Shown in pieces: positions 26,788 to 37,095 of a DNA stretch of 64,000 bases. A program made the position numbers and the translations under genes. The DNA comes from an uncultured Clostridia bacterium. Lineage in GTDB: Bacteria > Bacillota > Clostridia > UMGS1810. The stretch's first letter is position 1. Each line of letters begins with the position of its first letter. The stretch spans positions 22,770 to 86,769 of the forward strand of contig CAKSPF010000006.1 of assembly GCA_934481345.1 (NCBI GenBank). The letters are read 5' to 3'. Under the pieces are notes generated by a model. That model was not told the origin of the DNA. It searched no databases and was given only the letters and a program-made list of their open reading frames with translations.

Positions 26788-28854
26788 ATGTTAAAAAAAT
26801 TAGTGATTGTCGAATCTCCGTCAAAGGCAACAACAATTAAAAAATATCTTGGAAAAGGTTACAGTGTGGTAGCCAGCATGGGGCATATCATAGACCTTCC
26901 GAAAAGTCAGCTTGCTGTTGACATTGATAACAATTTTGAACCCAAATATATCACAATACGCGGCAAAGGAGAAATCGTAAAAAAGCTTAAAAGAGAAGCT
27001 AAGAATGCAGACAAAATTTTTCTCGCAACCGACCCCGACCGCGAAGGAGAAGCAATAAGCTGGCATCTGGCACATCTGCTTAATATAGACGGAAGCTCCC
27101 GGTGCCGTGTTACTTTTAACGAAATCACAAAAAAAGCCGTTACAGCCGGTATCAAGGAACCGCGGCAAATTGACGAAAAACTGGTAGACGCACAGCAGGC
27201 ACGCCGCGTTCTGGACAGAATAGTGGGTTATCAGATAAGTCCGTTACTTTGGAAAAAAGTAAAAAAAGGATTAAGCGCCGGCAGAGTGCAGTCTGTTGCC
27301 GCAAAGCTCATCTGCGACCGTGAAAATGAAATTAATAATTTTGAAGAAAAAGAATACTGGACAATTGACGCGTCACTTATTTCCGGAAAGAAAAAATTCA
27401 AAGCGTCATTTTACGGCATAAACGGCAAAAAAACAGAAATATCGAACGAAACCGATGCTCAAAAAATACTTGACGACGTCAAAGACAAGACGTTCACCGT
27501 TTCAAAAGTCAAAAAATCTCAGAAAAAGAGAACAAGCGCACCTCCTTTTATTACATCTACTCTCCAGCAGGAAGCAGGAAGAAAACTCTCCTTTACTTCC
27601 ATGCGTACAATGCAGACAGCACAGCAGCTTTATGAAGGTGTAAATATAAAAGGCAAAGGCCAGATCGGTCTTATAACCTATATGAGAACGGACTCTCTGA
27701 GAGTTTCGGCAGACGCCGTTGAAGAAGCAAGAAAATATATTCTCGGCGAATACGGAAAAGACTATCTTCCTTCATCACCGAAGGTATACAAAACCAAAAA
27801 AAATGCACAGGACGCGCACGAAGCCATACGTCCGACTTATCCGGATTTGAGCCCTTCAAGTATCAAAGACTCACTCTCGGCGGATCAGTATAAAATATAC
27901 AAGCTTATATGGGAAAGATTCATTTCCAGCCAGATGTCAGACGCATTGTTTGATGTTGTTTCGGTGGAATTCAATGCCGGAAATTATACATTCAAGAGCT
28001 CCGGCTCGACTGTAAAATTTGCAGGTTTTTCTGCCCTTTATACAGAAAGCAAGGACACCGAAGAAAAGAAAGAAGCAAAGCTTCCGGAACTGAATGAGGG
28101 AGATACTCCGAAAACCGAAAATATTGAAAAGGAACAGCATTTCACACAGCCTCCGGCAAGATATACCGAAGCTTCTCTAATCAAAACGCTTGAAGAGCTC
28201 GGAATAGGCAGACCGAGTACCTATGCTCCTACAATCGCTACAATCATAAACAGAGGTTATATTATAAGAGAAAAAAAGGCTCTCGTTCCCACAGAGCTCG
28301 GCATAATTGTAAACACAATTATGTGTGAAAACTTTAAGGATATAGTTGATGCGGCATTTACTGCCGAAATGGAATCGAATCTTGATAAAATAGAAGACGG
28401 TTCATTGAACTGGCATAATGTTATTTCCGAATTCTACGGTCCGTTTGAAGATACACTGAAAAAAGCCGAAGAAAAAATCGGAAACATTGAAATTAAAGAC
28501 GAAGTTTCCGATGTAGTGTGCGACAAATGCGGCAGACTTATGGTATATAAACACGGGAAATTCGGTAAGTTTCTCGCATGCCCGGGATTTCCCGAATGCA
28601 GAAATACCAAAGCAATCACAAAACAAATCGGCGTAAAATGTCCTAAATGCGGCGGTGATATAATAGAAAGAAAGTCAAAAAGAGGAAAGGTATTTTACGG
28701 ATGCTCAAATTATCCGGAATGTGATTTCAATTCATGGGATACCCCGACAAATGACAAATGCGATAAGTGCGGCGGCATGCTTTATATTAAAGGTATACGC
28801 GGCAAAAAGAAATATTGCCCCGTATGTGATGAAAAAAATAAGGAGAAAAAATAA
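26788..28854 (+). CDS. topA: DNA topoisomerase I
   Basis: TOPRIM N-terminus KLVIVESPSKATTIKKYLG and catalytic region ITYMRTDS. Three C-terminal Cys4 zinc ribbons. Confidence 0.96.
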   Translation: MLKKLVIVESPSKATTIKKYLGKGYSVVASMGHIIDLPKSQLAVDIDNNFEPKYITIRGKGEIVKKLKREAKNADKIFLATDPDREGEAISWHLAHLLNIDGSSRCRVTFNEITKKAVTAGIKEPRQIDEKLVDAQQARRVLDRIVGYQISPLLWKKVKKGLSAGRVQSVAAKLICDRENEINNFEEKEYWTIDASLISGKKKFKASFYGINGKKTEISNETDAQKILDDVKDKTFTVSKVKKSQKKRTSAPPFITSTLQQEAGRKLSFTSMRTMQTAQQLYEGVNIKGKGQIGLITYMRTDSLRVSADAVEEARKYILGEYGKDYLPSSPKVYKTKKNAQDAHEAIRPTYPDLSPSSIKDSLSADQYKIYKLIWERFISSQMSDALFDVVSVEFNAGNYTFKSSGSTVKFAGFSALYTESKDTEEKKEAKLPELNEGDTPKTENIEKEQHFTQPPARYTEASLIKTLEELGIGRPSTYAPTIATIINRGYIIREKKALVPTELGIIVNTIMCENFKDIVDAAFTAEMESNLDKIEDGSLNWHNVISEFYGPFEDTLKKAEEKIGNIEIKDEVSDVVCDKCGRLMVYKHGKFGKFLACPGFPECRNTKAITKQIGVKCPKCGGDIIERKSKRGKVFYGCSNYPECDFNSWDTPTNDKCDKCGGMLYIKGIRGKKKYCPVCDEKNKEKK

Positions 28855-30159
28855 ATGACTGTTAAAGTAATAGGAGGAGGGCTTGCGGGATGCGAAGCAG
28901 CCTGGCAGATTGCCGGATACGGCATAAACGTTGAGCTTTATGATATGAAACCGAAGAAATTTTCTCCGGCACATAATCTTGATACATTATGTGAGCTTGT
29001 ATGCAGCAATTCTCTGCGTTCAGACCGCCTTGAAAACGCTGTCGGTCTTCTTAAAGAAGAAATGCGTACTTTGGGTTCTTTGATTATGCAATGTGCGGAT
29101 GAAGTGCGTGTTCCTGCAGGCGGAGCGCTTGCGGTAGACAGAGTGCGTTTTTCACAGCTTGTAACCGAAAAGCTCAAAGCCTCTCCATATATAAAAATAA
29201 TTTCGGAAGAAATCACTGATATCAATCCTGATGAATATACAATAATCGCAAGCGGTCCTCTTACCTCAGATTTGCTTTATGAAAATATAAAAAAATTTTT
29301 AGGTGACAGCTATCTTCACTTTTTTGACGCAGCCGCACCCATAGTCACGGCGGAAAGCATAGATATGTCAAAAGCTTACCGTGCATCAAGATACGGCAAG
29401 GGTACTGCGGATTATATAAACTGCCCTATGTCAAAAGAGGAATACGAAGCATTTTATGAAAATCTTATAAATGCAGAAACCGCCGAGGTTCACGGAGCAG
29501 ACAGCGGCACCGTATTTGAAGGCTGCATGCCGGTCGAAGTAATGGCAAAAAGAGGAAAGGATACTCTTCTTTTCGGGCCTTTGAAACCGGTGGGTCTTGA
29601 AAATCCAAACTCAGGCGGTTCTCTTCCTTACGCAGTCGTGCAGTTAAGGCAGGATAACTTAAACGGTACACTTTTCAACATTGTAGGCTTTCAGACTCAT
29701 TTGAAATTCGGTGAACAAAAAAGAGTTTTTTCACTCATACCCGGTCTGGAAAATGCAGAATTTGTACGTTACGGTGTAATGCACCGCAACACCTTTATAA
29801 ATTCTCCGAAGCTTCTGAATAAATATTATCAGACAAACAAATGCGATAAAATATTCTTTGCGGGGCAGATAACAGGTGTTGAGGGTTATGTGGAATCGGC
29901 CTCAAGCGGTATGGCAGCAGGTATTAATATAGCAAGAAAAATAAAAAACCTCGATATGATAGACTTTACTGCATATACGGCAATCGGAGGCCTTGCACAT
30001 TATATAAGTGAAAATTCCCTCGGTAAATTTCAGCCTATGAATGTTACCTTCGGAATTATAGAACCGCTCAAAGAAAGAATAAGAAAGAAAAAGGAAAAAA
30101 ACGAAAAAATTTCCGAAAGAGCACTTTTAAAAATCAAAGAAATAAGAAATATATTATAA
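28855..30159 (+). CDS. trmFO: Methylenetetrahydrofolate--tRNA-(uracil54-C5)-methyltransferase TrmFO
   Basis: FAD motif [16 protein letters not shown]. TrmFO-typical length and position after topA. Confidence 0.93.
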   Translation: MTVKVIGGGLAGCEAAWQIAGYGINVELYDMKPKKFSPAHNLDTLCELVCSNSLRSDRLENAVGLLKEEMRTLGSLIMQCADEVRVPAGGALAVDRVRFSQLVTEKLKASPYIKIISEEITDINPDEYTIIASGPLTSDLLYENIKKFLGDSYLHFFDAAAPIVTAESIDMSKAYRASRYGKGTADYINCPMSKEEYEAFYENLINAETAEVHGADSGTVFEGCMPVEVMAKRGKDTLLFGPLKPVGLENPNSGGSLPYAVVQLRQDNLNGTLFNIVGFQTHLKFGEQKRVFSLIPGLENAEFVRYGVMHRNTFINSPKLLNKYYQTNKCDKIFFAGQITGVEGYVESASSGMAAGINIARKIKNLDMIDFTAYTAIGGLAHYISENSLGKFQPMNVTFGIIEPLKERIRKKKEKNEKISERALLKIKEIRNIL

Positions 30160-30160
30160 T

Positions 30161-30184
30161 TTAATAATGTCTTTTTATTATTAA
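30161..30184. promoter_or_regulatory. AT-rich inverted repeat upstream of feoAB (candidate Fur-family operator or weak trmFO terminator)
   Basis: TTAATAAT-N8-ATTATTAA overlaps the -35 region of a TATAAT at 30195-30200. Confidence 0.3.
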
Positions 30185-30216
30185 ATTGCATATATATAAT
30201 TAAAAAAGGACAAGGT

Positions 30217-32577
30217 GTGAAAAATTTGAAATTAGATAAGCTTGAAGTCGGAAAATCCGCATACATAATATCTTTGGACTGTGATGACGCTGCTCTTAAA
30301 CAGCATTTATTGGATATGGGACTTACTCCGAATACAAAAGTAAAATTAATCAAAACCGCACCTATGGGAGACCCTCTCGAAATAAGACTAAGAGGATATG
30401 AACTTACTATACGAAAAGATGATGCGGCTCATATTTTTGTAAAAATTACAGATGAAAAGGAAGAAAACAAAAAAAGCCGCAGCTTAAAAGATATTGCACA
30501 TCCGCAGTACGGTGAAATGGGAAAGTATCATACAAAAAAAAGCGGCGAAAAATTAAGCGCCGGCGAAACCGTGACGCTTGCTCTTGCAGGAAACCAGAAT
30601 TGCGGAAAAACCACGCTTTTTAACGTACTTACCGGCTCAAATCAAAAAGTCGGCAACTTTCCGGGTGTAACAGTAGACAAAAAGGACGGAATTATTAAAA
30701 ATCACCCAAATACCTTAATTACCGATTTACCCGGAATTTACAGTCTTTCTCCATATTCAAACGAGGAAATCGTAACAAGAGAATTTCTTTTAAATAACAG
30801 ACCAAAGGGCATAATAAATATCATAGATGCTACAAATATAGAAAGAAATTTATACCTTACAATGCAGCTTATAGAACTTGAAATACCTATGATAATAGCT
30901 CTCAATATGATGGATGAAGTAAGAGAAAACGGCGGAACGGTAATGATAAATAAGCTTGAAGAACTTTTAGGTGTTCCGGTCATTCCAATATCAGCCGCAA
31001 AAAAGGAAGGCATATCGGAACTTGTAGATCATATAATGCATGTTTGTGAATACAGAGAAGGTCCCGGAAGGCTTGATTTTTGCGATAAAACAGGAAAAGA
31101 CAAAGGAGCGGTACATCGCTGCATTCATGCAATTATACATTTAATAGATGACCATGCAAAAAAATATAATATTCCCGTTCGCTTCGCCGCAACAAAAATA
31201 GTGGAGGGTGATAAGCTTATAGCAGAAGCACTTCATCTTTCAGAAAATGAGCTTAAAACGATAGAACATATAATCTTGGAAATGGAAACGGAATGTAACA
31301 CCGAAGCGCGGGCGGCACTTGCAGACATGAGATTTACATTTATTGAAAAAATATGTGCTCTTACTGTAGTAAAACCTCACGAAAGCAAAGAACATATACG
31401 AAGTGTAAATGCCGACAGAATTTTAACGGGCAAATATACGGCTATTCCTTCTTTTATCGCCGTTATGAGCATTATATTTTTTCTTACCTTTTCTGTTATA
31501 GGCAAATTTTTAAGTTCACTCACGGAAGATTTAATAAATTATATAACTTCTTTTTGTGACCGACAGCTTACATATTTTAATGTAAATCCCGTCGTACATT
31601 CGCTTATAACAGACGGAATTTTTACAGGAATAGGAAGTGTTCTTTCATTTTTGCCGACAATTGTGGTTTTGTTTTTCTTTCTCTCAATACTTGAAGACAG
31701 CGGATATATGGCAAGAATAGCATTTGTAATGGACAAACCTCTTCGTAAGATAGGTTTGTCGGGACGCTCATTTGTTCCCATGCTTATTGGTTTCGGCTGC
31801 TCCGTACCGGCAATTATGGCAGCGAGAACCATTCCTTCAAACAGAGACAGAAAAATGACTGTAATGCTGACGCCATTTATGAGCTGCTCGGCAAAGCTGC
31901 CTATATATGCTCTCTTTTCGGCGGCATTTTTTCCGAAATATCCTGGGCTTGTAATGATATTTTTATATTTTTTCGGAATTCTTATATCTGTTTTATTTGC
32001 TTTTTGTCTTAAAGACACGGCTTTTAAAGGAGAACCGGTTCCTTTTGTTATGGAACTTCCGAACTACAGACTTCCGGGGCTTAAAAATGTCTTAAAGCTT
32101 ATTTATGACAAGGCAAAAGCATTCATAACCAAAGCATTTACAATTATTTTCGCAGCATCTGTTATAATATGGTTTCTGCAAACTTTCGATACAAGACTTA
32201 ACGTTGCAAAATCATCATCAGACAGCATGCTTTCAATTTTAGGAAGCTTTATAGCACCTGTATTCAGACCGCTCGGATTTAATGACTGGAGAGTTTCAAC
32301 TGCTCTTATTTCGGGATTTATAGCAAAAGAAAGTGTGGTAAGCTCGCTCTCTGTACTTTTGGGCAGTTCTCCGTCAGCTCTCTTTAATATATTTACTCCG
32401 ATGACGGCAATAGTATTTTTGGTATTTTCACTTTTATATACTCCATGCGTTGCAGCTATCGCGGCTATAAAAAACGAGCTCGGAGGAAAATGGGCGGCAG
32501 GCATTTGTATAATACAATGTTTATTGGCATGGATTGTTGCATTTTTTATTAAAACTATATTAATATTTATATTTTAA
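30217..32577 (+). CDS. feoB: Ferrous iron transporter, FeoA-FeoB fusion
   Basis: N-terminal FeoA SH3-like domain (LDKLEVGKSAYIISL...PLEIRLRGYELTIRKDDAAHIFV). FeoB G domain (ALAGNQNCGKTTLFNVLTG, DLPG) and polytopic membrane domain. An alternative TTG start at 30226 follows AAGGTG. Confidence 0.9.
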   Translation: MKNLKLDKLEVGKSAYIISLDCDDAALKQHLLDMGLTPNTKVKLIKTAPMGDPLEIRLRGYELTIRKDDAAHIFVKITDEKEENKKSRSLKDIAHPQYGEMGKYHTKKSGEKLSAGETVTLALAGNQNCGKTTLFNVLTGSNQKVGNFPGVTVDKKDGIIKNHPNTLITDLPGIYSLSPYSNEEIVTREFLLNNRPKGIINIIDATNIERNLYLTMQLIELEIPMIIALNMMDEVRENGGTVMINKLEELLGVPVIPISAAKKEGISELVDHIMHVCEYREGPGRLDFCDKTGKDKGAVHRCIHAIIHLIDDHAKKYNIPVRFAATKIVEGDKLIAEALHLSENELKTIEHIILEMETECNTEARAALADMRFTFIEKICALTVVKPHESKEHIRSVNADRILTGKYTAIPSFIAVMSIIFFLTFSVIGKFLSSLTEDLINYITSFCDRQLTYFNVNPVVHSLITDGIFTGIGSVLSFLPTIVVLFFFLSILEDSGYMARIAFVMDKPLRKIGLSGRSFVPMLIGFGCSVPAIMAARTIPSNRDRKMTVMLTPFMSCSAKLPIYALFSAAFFPKYPGLVMIFLYFFGILISVLFAFCLKDTAFKGEPVPFVMELPNYRLPGLKNVLKLIYDKAKAFITKAFTIIFAASVIIWFLQTFDTRLNVAKSSSDSMLSILGSFIAPVFRPLGFNDWRVSTALISGFIAKESVVSSLSVLLGSSPSALFNIFTPMTAIVFLVFSLLYTPCVAAIAAIKNELGGKWAAGICIIQCLLAWIVAFFIKTILIFIF

Positions 32578-32614
32578 ATACACATACCTTTTAAATATTT
32601 TGAATTTTTGCTTT

Positions 32615-32650
32615 TAGCCGTTTATTTTAAAATAAACGGCTATCCTTATT
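32615..32650 (+). terminator. Intrinsic terminator of feoAB
   Basis: Perfect 14-bp palindrome TAGCCGTTTATTTT/AAAATAAACGGCTA followed by a T-rich tail. Confidence 0.75.
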
Positions 32651-32695
32651 TAAAAAATATTTTTTTCTTTTAAAATGCCTTTTTTTAAAAAAATA

Positions 32696-32724
32696 TTGAA
32701 TTTTATAAAATTATATGATATAAT
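32696..32724 (+). promoter_or_regulatory. dnaA promoter
   Basis: TTGAAT, 17 nt, TATAAT, with a TGn extended -10 (TGATATAAT). A second TATAAT lies at about 32732. Confidence 0.6.
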
Positions 32725-32757
32725 TTATTTATATAATGCAAAATTTTGTTTTTAAAT

Positions 32758-32788
32758 TTATCCACATTTTTTTAAAAATTGTTGATAA
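32758..32788. promoter_or_regulatory. Two convergent DnaA boxes in the dnaA 5' leader (autoregulatory / oriC-left cluster)
   Basis: Perfect TTATCCACA at about 32758-32766. TGTTGATAA at about 32780-32788 is the reverse complement of TTATCAACA, one mismatch from consensus. Confidence 0.75.
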
Positions 32789-32814
32789 ATTTTACTTAGG
32801 AGAAAAATAATATA

Positions 32815-34137
32815 ATGGATAATCTTACTAAACTTTGGCAAAACCTATTAGAAATAATAAAACCGGATATCTTGCCGGTAAGCTTTTCGACGTGGATAGA
32901 AACAATAATTCCTGTTGAAATATCTGTGGATAAAATAGTTCTGGAGGTTCCCTACGAATACAACAGGGAAATGGTAAACACTAAATATTCGCCTCTTATA
33001 AAAAATGCACTTATATATTTAACAGGTAAGGACTATGAATTGGATATAAGAATAAAATCCGAACCGGCAGCCAAAATTTCAATTCCGGTGAAAAATACAG
33101 GTATGGGAATGAATTTGAATCCCGGATATACATTTGAAACTTTTGTAATAGGAAAATCAAATCAGATTGCTCACGCCGCATCAAAGAATGTAGCTCAATC
33201 TATTTGCGAAGGCAGAGTAAGTGCTTATAATCCTCTTTTTCTTCACGGAGGGGTAGGTCTGGGAAAAACTCATCTTATGCATGCTATATGCCATCAGATA
33301 TTAAAATCAAGACCTGACGCAAAAATAATGTACACAACAAGCGAACAATTTACAAATGAGCTTATAAATGCAATCAAAGATGATAAAAATCAAGAATTCA
33401 GAGATAAGTACAGGACAGTGGACATTCTTTTGATAGACGATATACAGTTTATAGGAGGAAGAGAAAGCACACAGGAGGAATTTTTCCATACATTCAATGC
33501 TCTTTATCAGAACAACAAGCACATTGTTATAACAAGCGACAGACCTCCGAAAGAACTGTATACACTTGAAGAAAGATTAAGAACAAGATTTGAATGCGGA
33601 GGAATATACGACATAAATCCTCCGGATTTTGAAACAAGAATTGCTATCTTAAAAAAGAAGGCAGATCAGATAGGAATAGAAATTCCGGACGAAATATACA
33701 ATTTTATTGCCGAAAAAATAACTTCTAATATAAGAGAGCTTGAGGGTGCAATAAAAATGATTATGAGTTATCATAACCTTATGAATAAAGATATTACACT
33801 TTCGATGGCAGAAGAAGCTCTTAAAGATTACAATACGGTAAATAAAAAGCAGATTTCAATTCCCGTTATTGCACAAAACGTTGAAAAATATTGCAATCTT
33901 AAAGAAAACGAACTGAAATCTTCGGACAGATCAAAGAGAGTTTCATATCCGAGACAAATTGCAATGTATATAATGAAAGAACTTACGGATTCTTCTCTTA
34001 TACAGATAGGCGACTTTTTCGGGGGCAAAGATCATTCCACGGTACTGCACGGAATTAATAAAATAAGAAAAGATATAGAAACAAATGCATCTACAAAAAC
34101 TCTTGTGGATAACATTATAAACGATATAAAAAAATAA
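32815..34137 (+). CDS. dnaA: Chromosomal replication initiator DnaA
   Basis: AAA+ motifs GGVGLGKTHL and LLIDDIQF. C-terminal DNA-binding domain with DHSTVLHG. Confidence 0.97.
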   Translation: MDNLTKLWQNLLEIIKPDILPVSFSTWIETIIPVEISVDKIVLEVPYEYNREMVNTKYSPLIKNALIYLTGKDYELDIRIKSEPAAKISIPVKNTGMGMNLNPGYTFETFVIGKSNQIAHAASKNVAQSICEGRVSAYNPLFLHGGVGLGKTHLMHAICHQILKSRPDAKIMYTTSEQFTNELINAIKDDKNQEFRDKYRTVDILLIDDIQFIGGRESTQEEFFHTFNALYQNNKHIVITSDRPPKELYTLEERLRTRFECGGIYDINPPDFETRIAILKKKADQIGIEIPDEIYNFIAEKITSNIRELEGAIKMIMSYHNLMNKDITLSMAEEALKDYNTVNKKQISIPVIAQNVEKYCNLKENELKSSDRSKRVSYPRQIAMYIMKELTDSSLIQIGDFFGGKDHSTVLHGINKIRKDIETNASTKTLVDNIINDIKK

Positions 34138-34396
34138 TCCTTAAAGTCCTTGCTGACAATAGCCTTGACAGGTTATAAACATATAAATGTTGAAACTTTT
34201 ACAACAGTTTGTTGACAAAATTTTATCAACAAAATCCAAGATTAAAAGTTAATAAAATTTTTTAGTTACCAACAGCCGAGGTTACAGAATCCGCAAGGAT
34301 AAATCATGGTTTTCCAATTTATCAACGCACCTACTACTACTACTGAATAAATATAATAATTATTTATATTTATATACCGAAAGGACTGAATTTAAA
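34138..34396 (+). other. oriC right half (incC-like): DnaA boxes, DnaA-trio array and AT-rich unwinding element
   Basis: TTATCAACA at about 34222-34230. TTATCAACG at about 34319-34327, followed by the spacer CAC. CTACTACTACTACTG at about 34331-34345. An uninterrupted AT-only run of about 33 nt (AATAAATATAATAATTATTTATATTTATATA) ends just before the dnaN RBS. Confidence 0.8.
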
Positions 34397-35503
34397 ATGA
34401 AATTTTCATGTGACAAAAATAAATTGTTTGAATCGGTGTCTATAGTGTCAAAAGCAATAAACAATGCATGTGCAATAGACATACTTAAAGGTATAAAAAT
34501 TGATGCTGACGAAAATATAAAAATGACCGGAAGTGATTTGGATTTATCTGTAGAAAGTATATTTGAAGCAGAAATAAACGAAAAAGGCAGCATAATAGTA
34601 GACGCAAGAATTTTTTCGGATATTATAAGAAAGCTGCCCGACGGCACAGTTACACTTGAAACAGACGACAAAAACGAGCTTAAAATAAACTGTCTTAATA
34701 CTAAATTTAATATTTTATATCTTTCCAGTGAAGGCTATCCCGAAATAAAGAAAATAGAAAACGGAGATTCTTTCAAAATTTATTCACAGGATCTGAAAAA
34801 TATTATAAAAAATACAATTTTTGCAATATCAAATAACGAAAGCAGACCTATCCTCACAGGTTCTAAATTTGAAATAAACAAAAGCAATCTGAGAGTTATT
34901 TCAATAGACGGCTACAGGCTTGCCCTCAGAAATCAGATAATACCGGAAACTCAGTATGAGGATTTGTCCTTTGTAGTTCCGGGAAGAGCTCTCAATGAGA
35001 TTATAAAAATTTTAAAAGAAGATGCAACTATCGTAAATATCACCGTAAGAGAAAACAGCGTAATGTTCAGCTTTGATTCCTTTACAATAGTGTCAAGGCT
35101 TTTGGAGGGTGATTTTATGGATTACAATAAATTCATACCGTCAACTGCTTCAATCACTGCAAAAATAAATGTAAAAAGTTTTACGGACATGATAGAAAGA
35201 GCGTCAATTATAATAAATTATGACGATCCCAAAATCCCGATAGTTCTTAATATAAAAAATTCTGAAATCAATGTAGAATGTATCTCGAAAAGAGGAAACT
35301 TTGATGAAAGCATGGACATTGAACATCACGGAGAAGACCTTAAAATAGGAATTGCGTCAAAGCTTTTGACTGACACGCTTAAAAGTATAGACAATGAAGA
35401 AGTAATATTGGAATTTAATACTCCTCAGAGCCCGTGTGTAATGAAGCCTACCGAGGGCAGCGGATTTGTATATATGGTACTTCCGATAAGACTTAAAAAC
35501 TAA
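34397..35503 (+). CDS. dnaN: DNA polymerase III beta sliding clamp
   Basis: 368 aa. MKFSCDKNKLFESVSIVSKAI and the three-domain clamp length. Canonical position after dnaA. Confidence 0.95.
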   Translation: MKFSCDKNKLFESVSIVSKAINNACAIDILKGIKIDADENIKMTGSDLDLSVESIFEAEINEKGSIIVDARIFSDIIRKLPDGTVTLETDDKNELKINCLNTKFNILYLSSEGYPEIKKIENGDSFKIYSQDLKNIIKNTIFAISNNESRPILTGSKFEINKSNLRVISIDGYRLALRNQIIPETQYEDLSFVVPGRALNEIIKILKEDATIVNITVRENSVMFSFDSFTIVSRLLEGDFMDYNKFIPSTASITAKINVKSFTDMIERASIIINYDDPKIPIVLNIKNSEINVECISKRGNFDESMDIEHHGEDLKIGIASKLLTDTLKSIDNEEVILEFNTPQSPCVMKPTEGSGFVYMVLPIRLKN

Positions 35504-35517
35504 AAAGGATTTTAAAT

Positions 35518-35739
35518 ATGGAAAATGTAAAAATTAACACCGAATTTATAAAGCTTGACCAGCTTTTAAAATTTGCCGGCATAGCTGCATACGGTTCCGA
35601 TGCTAAATATCTTGTGACAAACGGATTTGTATTTTTAAACGGTGAAAAAGAATTGAGAAGAGGAAAAAAGATTTATCCCGGCGATGAAGTTAAGGTAATC
35701 TATGAAGGAGAAAGCTTTGAAGTAAAAGTTTGTGATTAA
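35518..35739 (+). CDS. yaaA: S4-domain RNA-binding protein YaaA/RlbA
   Basis: 73 aa. IKLDQLLKFAGIAAYGSDAKYLVTNGFVFLNGE is S4-like. Canonical dnaN-recF spacer gene of Firmicutes. Confidence 0.88.
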   Translation: MENVKINTEFIKLDQLLKFAGIAAYGSDAKYLVTNGFVFLNGEKELRRGKKIYPGDEVKVIYEGESFEVKVCD

Positions 35740-35744
35740 TTATC

Positions 35745-36809
35745 ATGATTGTAAAAAATCTTTATCTTGAAAATTTCAGAAATTATGATATGCAAACGAT
35801 TGATTTCGGTGAAAAAAAGAATGTTTTTTACGGATTTAACGGTCAGGGAAAAACAAATATCATAGAAGCTCTTTATTATTTTTGCACTTGCAAATCATTC
35901 AGAAGTATCTATGACAAGGAAATAATAAAATTCGGATGTGATTATTCAAAAATTAATTTGGAATTTGAAGCTTCAAAAAGAGAAAACAAAGCTCAAATTT
36001 TTATAACAGAAAAAAAATCTGTAAAGCTTAACGGAGCAAATCTTGAAAGGCTCAGCGAGCTCATAGGAACAGCAAATATGGTTATATTTACTCCGTCACA
36101 GCTCAATCTTATAAGAGAAGGACCGGGTGTAAGAAGAAATTTTCTTGACATATTGATAAGTCAGATAAAACCTCTTTATTTTAAAAATCTCATGTCTTAC
36201 TATAAGATTTTAAAGCAAAGAAATGTAATATTAAAATCAAAAAATCAGAAAATGACGGATACCATAGATATATGGGACGATAAACTTGCTCAGTACGGCG
36301 TCAATATATGCCTTTTAAGAGACGAATACTTAAAAAAAATGAATTATTTTTTAAGTATTCTTGAATATAACAATGAGAATATAAGTGTTTCATACAATCC
36401 GAGCATTAAAGATGATTTTTCGAGCAAAGATAATTTTGTAAATATTTTGAAGAAAAATATAGATAAGGATTTAGAAAAAGGAATGACGCTTATAGGTCCT
36501 CACCGGGATGATTTTGATATTGACATAAACGGAATAAGTCTTAAAAAATACGGTTCTCAGGGGCAAACGAGGACAGGAATACTCAAAATGAAAATTGCAG
36601 AGTGTGAAATGATAAATGAGATAATCGGTGAACAGCCTCTTTTGCTTTTGGATGATATATTAAGCGAGCTTGATGAAAACAGAAGAAAATATTTTATGGA
36701 AAAAATAAAGGACAGGCAGGTTATTATAACCTGTACCGACAAAGAATTCATAAAAGATAAAGAAAGCTGCTTTTTCAATGTAAATAACGGCTCAGTAAGA
36801 AAGGAATAG
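35745..36809 (+). CDS. recF: DNA replication and repair protein RecF
   Basis: Walker A GFNGQGKTNIIEA, signature GSQGQTRT, and Walker B LLLLDDILSELD. Confidence 0.95.
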   Translation: MIVKNLYLENFRNYDMQTIDFGEKKNVFYGFNGQGKTNIIEALYYFCTCKSFRSIYDKEIIKFGCDYSKINLEFEASKRENKAQIFITEKKSVKLNGANLERLSELIGTANMVIFTPSQLNLIREGPGVRRNFLDILISQIKPLYFKNLMSYYKILKQRNVILKSKNQKMTDTIDIWDDKLAQYGVNICLLRDEYLKKMNYFLSILEYNNENISVSYNPSIKDDFSSKDNFVNILKKNIDKDLEKGMTLIGPHRDDFDIDINGISLKKYGSQGQTRTGILKMKIAECEMINEIIGEQPLLLLDDILSELDENRRKYFMEKIKDRQVIITCTDKEFIKDKESCFFNVNNGSVRKE

Positions 36810-36813
36810 AAAA

Positions 36814-37095
36814 ATGTATCTTCATTTGGGCGGAGATGTTTCTGTAAATATAAAAAATATAGTTGCTATTATGGATTTGGAAACGACTTCCGTTTCTAAA
36901 ATTACAAAAGAATTTTTAAGCTTTGTACAGAAAAATAATTCGGTAATAAATGTAAATGATGACTTGCCTAAATCATATGTGATAACATTTGATGAAAAAG
37001 AAACAAAGGTTTATGTTTCTCCCATATCGTCTCAGACACTTCTGAAAAGAGCAAACAATATAAGAGAATACTATCAAATGCCGCAGTTTAAATAG
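36814..37095 (+). CDS. remB: DUF370 protein (YaaB/RemB-like)
   Basis: 93 aa. The N-terminus MYLHLGGDVSVNIKNIVAIMDLE is typical of DUF370. Canonical recF-gyrB spacer gene. Confidence 0.85.
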   Translation: MYLHLGGDVSVNIKNIVAIMDLETTSVSKITKEFLSFVQKNNSVINVNDDLPKSYVITFDEKETKVYVSPISSQTLLKRANNIREYYQMPQFK

